This document shows positions 62,171-64,000 of a DNA stretch of 64,000 bases, one piece after another. Position numbers and translations under genes: made by a program. Source of the DNA: an uncultured delta proteobacterium (GTDB lineage Bacteria > Myxococcota > B64-G9); NCBI GenBank assembly GCA_963754925.1, contig CAVWHX010000007.1, forward strand, positions 288,001 to 352,000, written 5' to 3'. The notes under the pieces are model-generated. The model was given only the letters and a program-made list of their open reading frames with translations. It did not search any database and was not told the DNA's origin. How positions within the stretch are numbered: the stretch's first letter is position 1; each line of letters starts with the position of its first letter.

Positions 62171-64000
62171 TTACCGATAGTCCCTCGGAACCTCGGGCGG
62201 CAGTATCGAAACATCCACCGGAATATAAGCGAACTTCGGCCCATCGCGGTGGTAGGTAGCGACCGTGGTCTTAAGCCATCGGTCATTGTTGGCTTTCCAT
62301 CGAGCCGCATATTCCTCGAATTCCGGACTGCCTGCGAACTTGCCCTCGGGTACTTTGATCTCAAACGCGGGCTTGAAATGCGAACCGCGGCACTCATCGC
62401 GCAGGCGCGCGCCGGTGGCTATCACTTCGGCCAAGACGATCATATCGTAAATTTGCCGCGCCCAGATGAGCGATTGATTCGCTCGCTGACCGCGGTCATC
62501 GAGCGAGATTCGGCTACAACGATCCTTGAGGCCACGGATCACCTCGATCGCCCGGTCGAGATCCGGATTGGTGCGTTCGACAAAAACATGCGTTTGCATG
62601 GTCTCGCCGAGCTCGCGATGCAGGGCAAAGGGGTTCTCGATCCCGTTTGCGCGGAGGAACTGTTGGTTTATTTCCATCTGGCGTTTCGTTTCGACTTCAA
62701 AACACCGATCCGCAACGGATCCACTTGTTTTGGTGAGGCCTTTGGTATAGACGGCCACCGAGCTTCCCGCGGTAAACCCGCTGAAACTCGCCGAGAGCAG
62801 CGAATTGGCGCCCAGGCGGTTGGCACCGTGGTAGGCGCTATCGCACTCGCCGCAGGCATACAGCCCCGGAATCGTGGTTGCGTGGTTGCGGGGGTGAACG
62901 GGTTTCATCCCGTTGGTCTTCCCGTCCTTCTCGTAGCTGACCAAAAGCCCCCCCATCGAGTAGTGCATGCTCGGATAGACCTTCATCGGACGGACGAAGG
63001 GATCCTCGCCGGAGAACGTTTGGTACATCTCGAGAATGCCGCCCAATCGTTCCTCGAGGAACTTACGCGGCAAGTGGGTCAGGTCGAGGTAGACCATGTC
63101 CATTCCGCCGACTCCAAGACCCATGTGCTTCACGGCCTTGTTAATGGCGCGTGAGGCCACGTCCCGCGGCACCGTGTTGCCATAGGTCGGATACCACTCT
63201 TCGAGAAAATAAAAACGTTCGGCATTCGGAATCGTAATCGGATCCCGAGCATCGCCGGGCGTTCGCGGCACCCAGATGCGCCCGCCGTCGCCGCGGCAGG
63301 CTTCGGACATCAAACGCAACTTGTCATGGCCGAGCATGCCGGTTGGGTGAAACTGGACAAATTCGCCGTTGGCGAACGCGGCGCCTTGCTGATAGCAGCG
63401 CGAGGCCGCAGCGCCGGTTGCGTTTGTCGACATGGTCGATCGACCCCAGATCATTCCCAGGCCGCCGCTCGCCAGGATGACCGCTTCGCCGCGAAACGCC
63501 TGGACCTGCATATCGTCGAGATTCACGGCGACAATACCCCGACAGATGCCCTGGTCATCCAGAACCAATGAAAGGAATTCCCAGTTTTCGTATTTGGTTA
63601 TTTTTCCTTCCGACTCGTATCGCCGCACCTGCTCATCAACGGAATAGAGCAGCTGTTGGCCGGTCGTGCCGCCGGCAAATGCCGTCCGGCGTTTTTTCAC
63701 CCCGCCAAACAAGCGCTGATCGATAATCCCTTCCGGGGTGCGGTTGAACGTTACGCCCATGCGAGCGTACAGGTGAATAAGTTCAGGGGCGTATTCAACC
63801 ATGCTCTTGACCGGCGGTTGATCCGCCAGGTAATCGCCGCCCTTAATGGTGTCAACGAGGTGCTCCCACAGCGAATCGTTCTCTCCTTTGACGTCGAGCA
63901 CCGCATTGATGCCGCCTTGAGCGCAACATGAGTGCGACCGTCTCACCGCAAAAAGCGAGAACAAATCGACCTGGCAGCCGCCGTCGGCCGCGCGCAGGGC
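62171..64000 (-). CDS. sdhA: Succinate dehydrogenase flavoprotein subunit (start lies beyond the right end of the window)
   Basis: RRSHSCCAQGGIN (FAD-binding His), QFHPT, HYSMGG, HGANRLGANSLL. Confidence 0.95.
   Translation of the reverse strand, partial: ALRAADGGCQVDLFSLFAVRRSHSCCAQGGINAVLDVKGENDSLWEHLVDTIKGGDYLADQPPVKSMVEYAPELIHLYARMGVTFNRTPEGIIDQRLFGGVKKRRTAFAGGTTGQQLLYSVDEQVRRYESEGKITKYENWEFLSLVLDDQGICRGIVAVNLDDMQVQAFRGEAVILASGGLGMIWGRSTMSTNATGAAASRCYQQGAAFANGEFVQFHPTGMLGHDKLRLMSEACRGDGGRIWVPRTPGDARDPITIPNAERFYFLEEWYPTYGNTVPRDVASRAINKAVKHMGLGVGGMDMVYLDLTHLPRKFLEERLGGILEMYQTFSGEDPFVRPMKVYPSMHYSMGGLLVSYEKDGKTNGMKPVHPRNHATTIPGLYACGECDSAYHGANRLGANSLLSASFSGFTAGSSVAVYTKGLTKTSGSVADRCFEVETKRQMEINQQFLRANGIENPFALHRELGETMQTHVFVERTNPDLDRAIEVIRGLKDRCSRISLDDRGQRANQSLIWARQIYDMIVLAEVIATGARLRDECRGSHFKPAFEIKVPEGKFAGSPEFEEYAARWKANNDRWLKTTVATYHRDGPKFAYIPVDVSILPPEVPRDYR

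Noticed and set aside
61373..63154. 593-aa plus-strand ORF
   Set aside because: Antisense shadow of sdhB/sdhA with no recognisable motifs.

Overview
Bacterial genomic DNA, probably from a Myxococcota/deltaproteobacterium-like organism (inferred from a myxobacterial-type ETDVDCGG Cys-rich repeat, DUF2378-like proteins and sigma-54 promoters; taxonomy not proven). The window is a patchwork of GC-rich and AT-rich modules. In order: ABC/MarR pair; AcrAB-OprM-type RND pump; alkyl-sulfatase-like hydrolase; msrAB; an ArsS radical-SAM (arsenosugar-associated) operon with no arsM in the window; TMTC-like GT-C/TPR protein; GH3-family enzyme; housekeeping genes; a polysaccharide locus at 37.2-47.1 kb; hisS; a polyphosphate cluster (CYTH-CHAD, split PPK2, SixA); queG; CapA-family gene; sdhBA. 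About 13 single-base frameshifts, including one in essential hisS and many in homopolymers, most likely reflect long-read indel errors. Most interesting signals: (1) a candidate undescribed synthase-dependent exopolysaccharide system (HasA/NodC-like GT2, MFP-like adaptor, TolC-like protein, deacetylases, UDP-sugar dehydrogenase); (2) an 804-bp inverted duplication with a near-identical 463-bp core that flanks most of this locus and forms the C-terminus of two otherwise unrelated proteins; (3) four carbohydrate-binding surface proteins linked by shared swapped domains, two with a conserved upstream motif; (4) a diverged ~230-bp intergenic repeat family between gene modules at 7-21 kb. No tRNA, rRNA, CRISPR array or intact transposase/integrase was recognised.
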